IMG/VR virus record: IMGVR_UViG_2802429253_000006 | Coordinates: 1 to 7,898 of that record | Reading direction: 5' to 3' (one strand) | Source: a virus | Lineage: Duplodnaviria > Heunggongvirae > Uroviricota > Caudoviricetes | Length of the DNA: 7,898 nucleotides | Shown: positions 7,310 through 7,898 of the stretch, piece after piece | How the letters are laid out: every line of letters begins with the position of its first letter | Position numbering within the stretch: the first letter of the stretch is position 1 | Made by a program: the position numbers and the translations under genes | Notes under the pieces: model-generated | Database searches by the model: none | Told to the model about the DNA's origin: nothing | The model's input: the letters and a program-made list of their open reading frames with translations, nothing else

Positions 7310-7597
7310 ATGATGTGTAAGCGTAAACGCTGGTCACGCGAAGACCGGGAATTTATCGAAGCCAGTGTCTGGAAAATGACCGTCGAGGAAATGGCGAAAA
7401 AACTGAAAGTTGCCACAACCGCTCTCCGGGCACATGCCAGAAGGCACGGAATATCGTTGTGTGTTTACCGAATAAGTGAGCACGACAAATATTTGTGTCG
7501 TGAACTTTATAAAGAAGGGCTGGCTATTCATGTCATTGCCCAAAAGATGGAATTAAGCAATCGTGCTGTATCCAGCATTGTATACAGCGAATATTAA
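7310..7597 (+). CDS. Hypothetical early-region protein with helix-turn-helix-like segments (about 95 aa; start at GTG 7298, ATG 7310 or ATG 7313)
   Basis: Frame open from 7298 to the TAA at 7595-7597. ATG 7310 and 7313 are preceded by GGTGA (7300-7304). The segments MTVEEMAKKLKVATTALRAHARRHGI and LAIHVIAQKMELSNRAVSSIV look like HTH motifs. Confidence 0.55.
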   Translation: MMCKRKRWSREDREFIEASVWKMTVEEMAKKLKVATTALRAHARRHGISLCVYRISEHDKYLCRELYKEGLAIHVIAQKMELSNRAVSSIVYSEY

Positions 7598-7615
7598 TTA
7601 ACAGGAGCTTTATTT

Positions 7616-7898
7616 ATGGCTAAATCAGCAAAGCGTATTAAAAGTGCCGCAGCGACTTATGTCCCACAATCCCGCGATGCCGTGGTATGTGATATCCGCC
7701 GGATTGGGGACCTGCAACGCGAAGCAGCACGACTTGAAACGGAAATGAATGACGCTATCGCTGAAATTACTGAGAAATACGCCTCACAGATTGCGCCCCT
7801 TAAAACCAGTATCGAAACCCTTTCAAAAGGCGTTCAGGGATGGTGTGAAGCGAACCGTGACGAACTGACGAACGGCGGCAAGGTGAAGACGGCAAACC
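7616..7898 (+). CDS. gam: Gam host-nuclease inhibitor (Ku-like DNA end-binding protein), N-terminal 94 codons; continues beyond the window
   Basis: MAKSAKRIKSAAATYVPQSRDAVVCDIRRIGDLQREAARLETEMNDAIAEITEKY...GWCEANRDELTNGGKVKTAN matches Mu Gam as I recall it. AGGAG RBS at 7603-7607. Confidence 0.9.
   Translation, partial: MAKSAKRIKSAAATYVPQSRDAVVCDIRRIGDLQREAARLETEMNDAIAEITEKYASQIAPLKTSIETLSKGVQGWCEANRDELTNGGKVKTAN

Larger units (their letters stand above)
1816..7898 (+). mobile_element. Mu-like transposable prophage, left end and early region (continues beyond the right edge of the window)
   Basis: Terminal 5'-TGTATTGATTCACGAGAAGTACGAAAAAAACCGGG at 1816 resembles the phage Mu left end. Gene order c (leftward), ner, A, B, small ORFs, gam matches Mu. 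Offsets from 1816 place c, ner, A and B at almost the same distances as in Mu, as far as I recall the Mu map. Confidence 0.9.

Noticed and set aside
6241-7543. Minus-strand and alternative-frame ORFs in the small-ORF region (6241-6468 -, 6572-6832 -, 7128-7337 -, 7334-7543 -, 7014-7235 +, 7099-7281 +)
   Set aside because: Every plus-strand gene chosen here has a canonical RBS and the genes are packed end to end in one orientation. The alternatives lack an RBS and would require convergent transcription inside the early operon.
1-7898. Searched for CRISPR repeats, tRNA or rRNA genes, and long direct or inverted repeats
   Set aside because: No regularly spaced repeats, no tRNA-like cloverleaf-sized conserved segments and no rRNA-like sequence were seen. 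The only meaningful repeats are the MuA-binding sites and the operator motifs already listed.

Overview
The window spans the left junction of a Mu-like transposable prophage and the host DNA it inserted into. Positions 1-1815 carry a minus-strand host operon of three genes; the most upstream one (LamG/concanavalin-like C-terminus) has an open frame that runs straight into the prophage end, so it appears insertionally disrupted. From 1816 the sequence is a Mu-type left end: 5'-TG terminus, MuA-binding sites L1-L3, leftward repressor gene c (TTG start), a divergent Pc/Pe operator region, then the rightward early operon ner, A (DDE transposase, 663 aa), B (AAA+ target-DNA activator), five small tightly packed ORFs of the semi-essential early region, and the start of gam. 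Identifications of c, ner, A, B and gam rest on recognising the protein sequences from memory, not on a database search. The most plausible place for uncharacterised biology is the five small early-region ORFs between B and gam (6128-7597), with the disrupted host operon second. No rRNA, tRNA or CRISPR array is evident.
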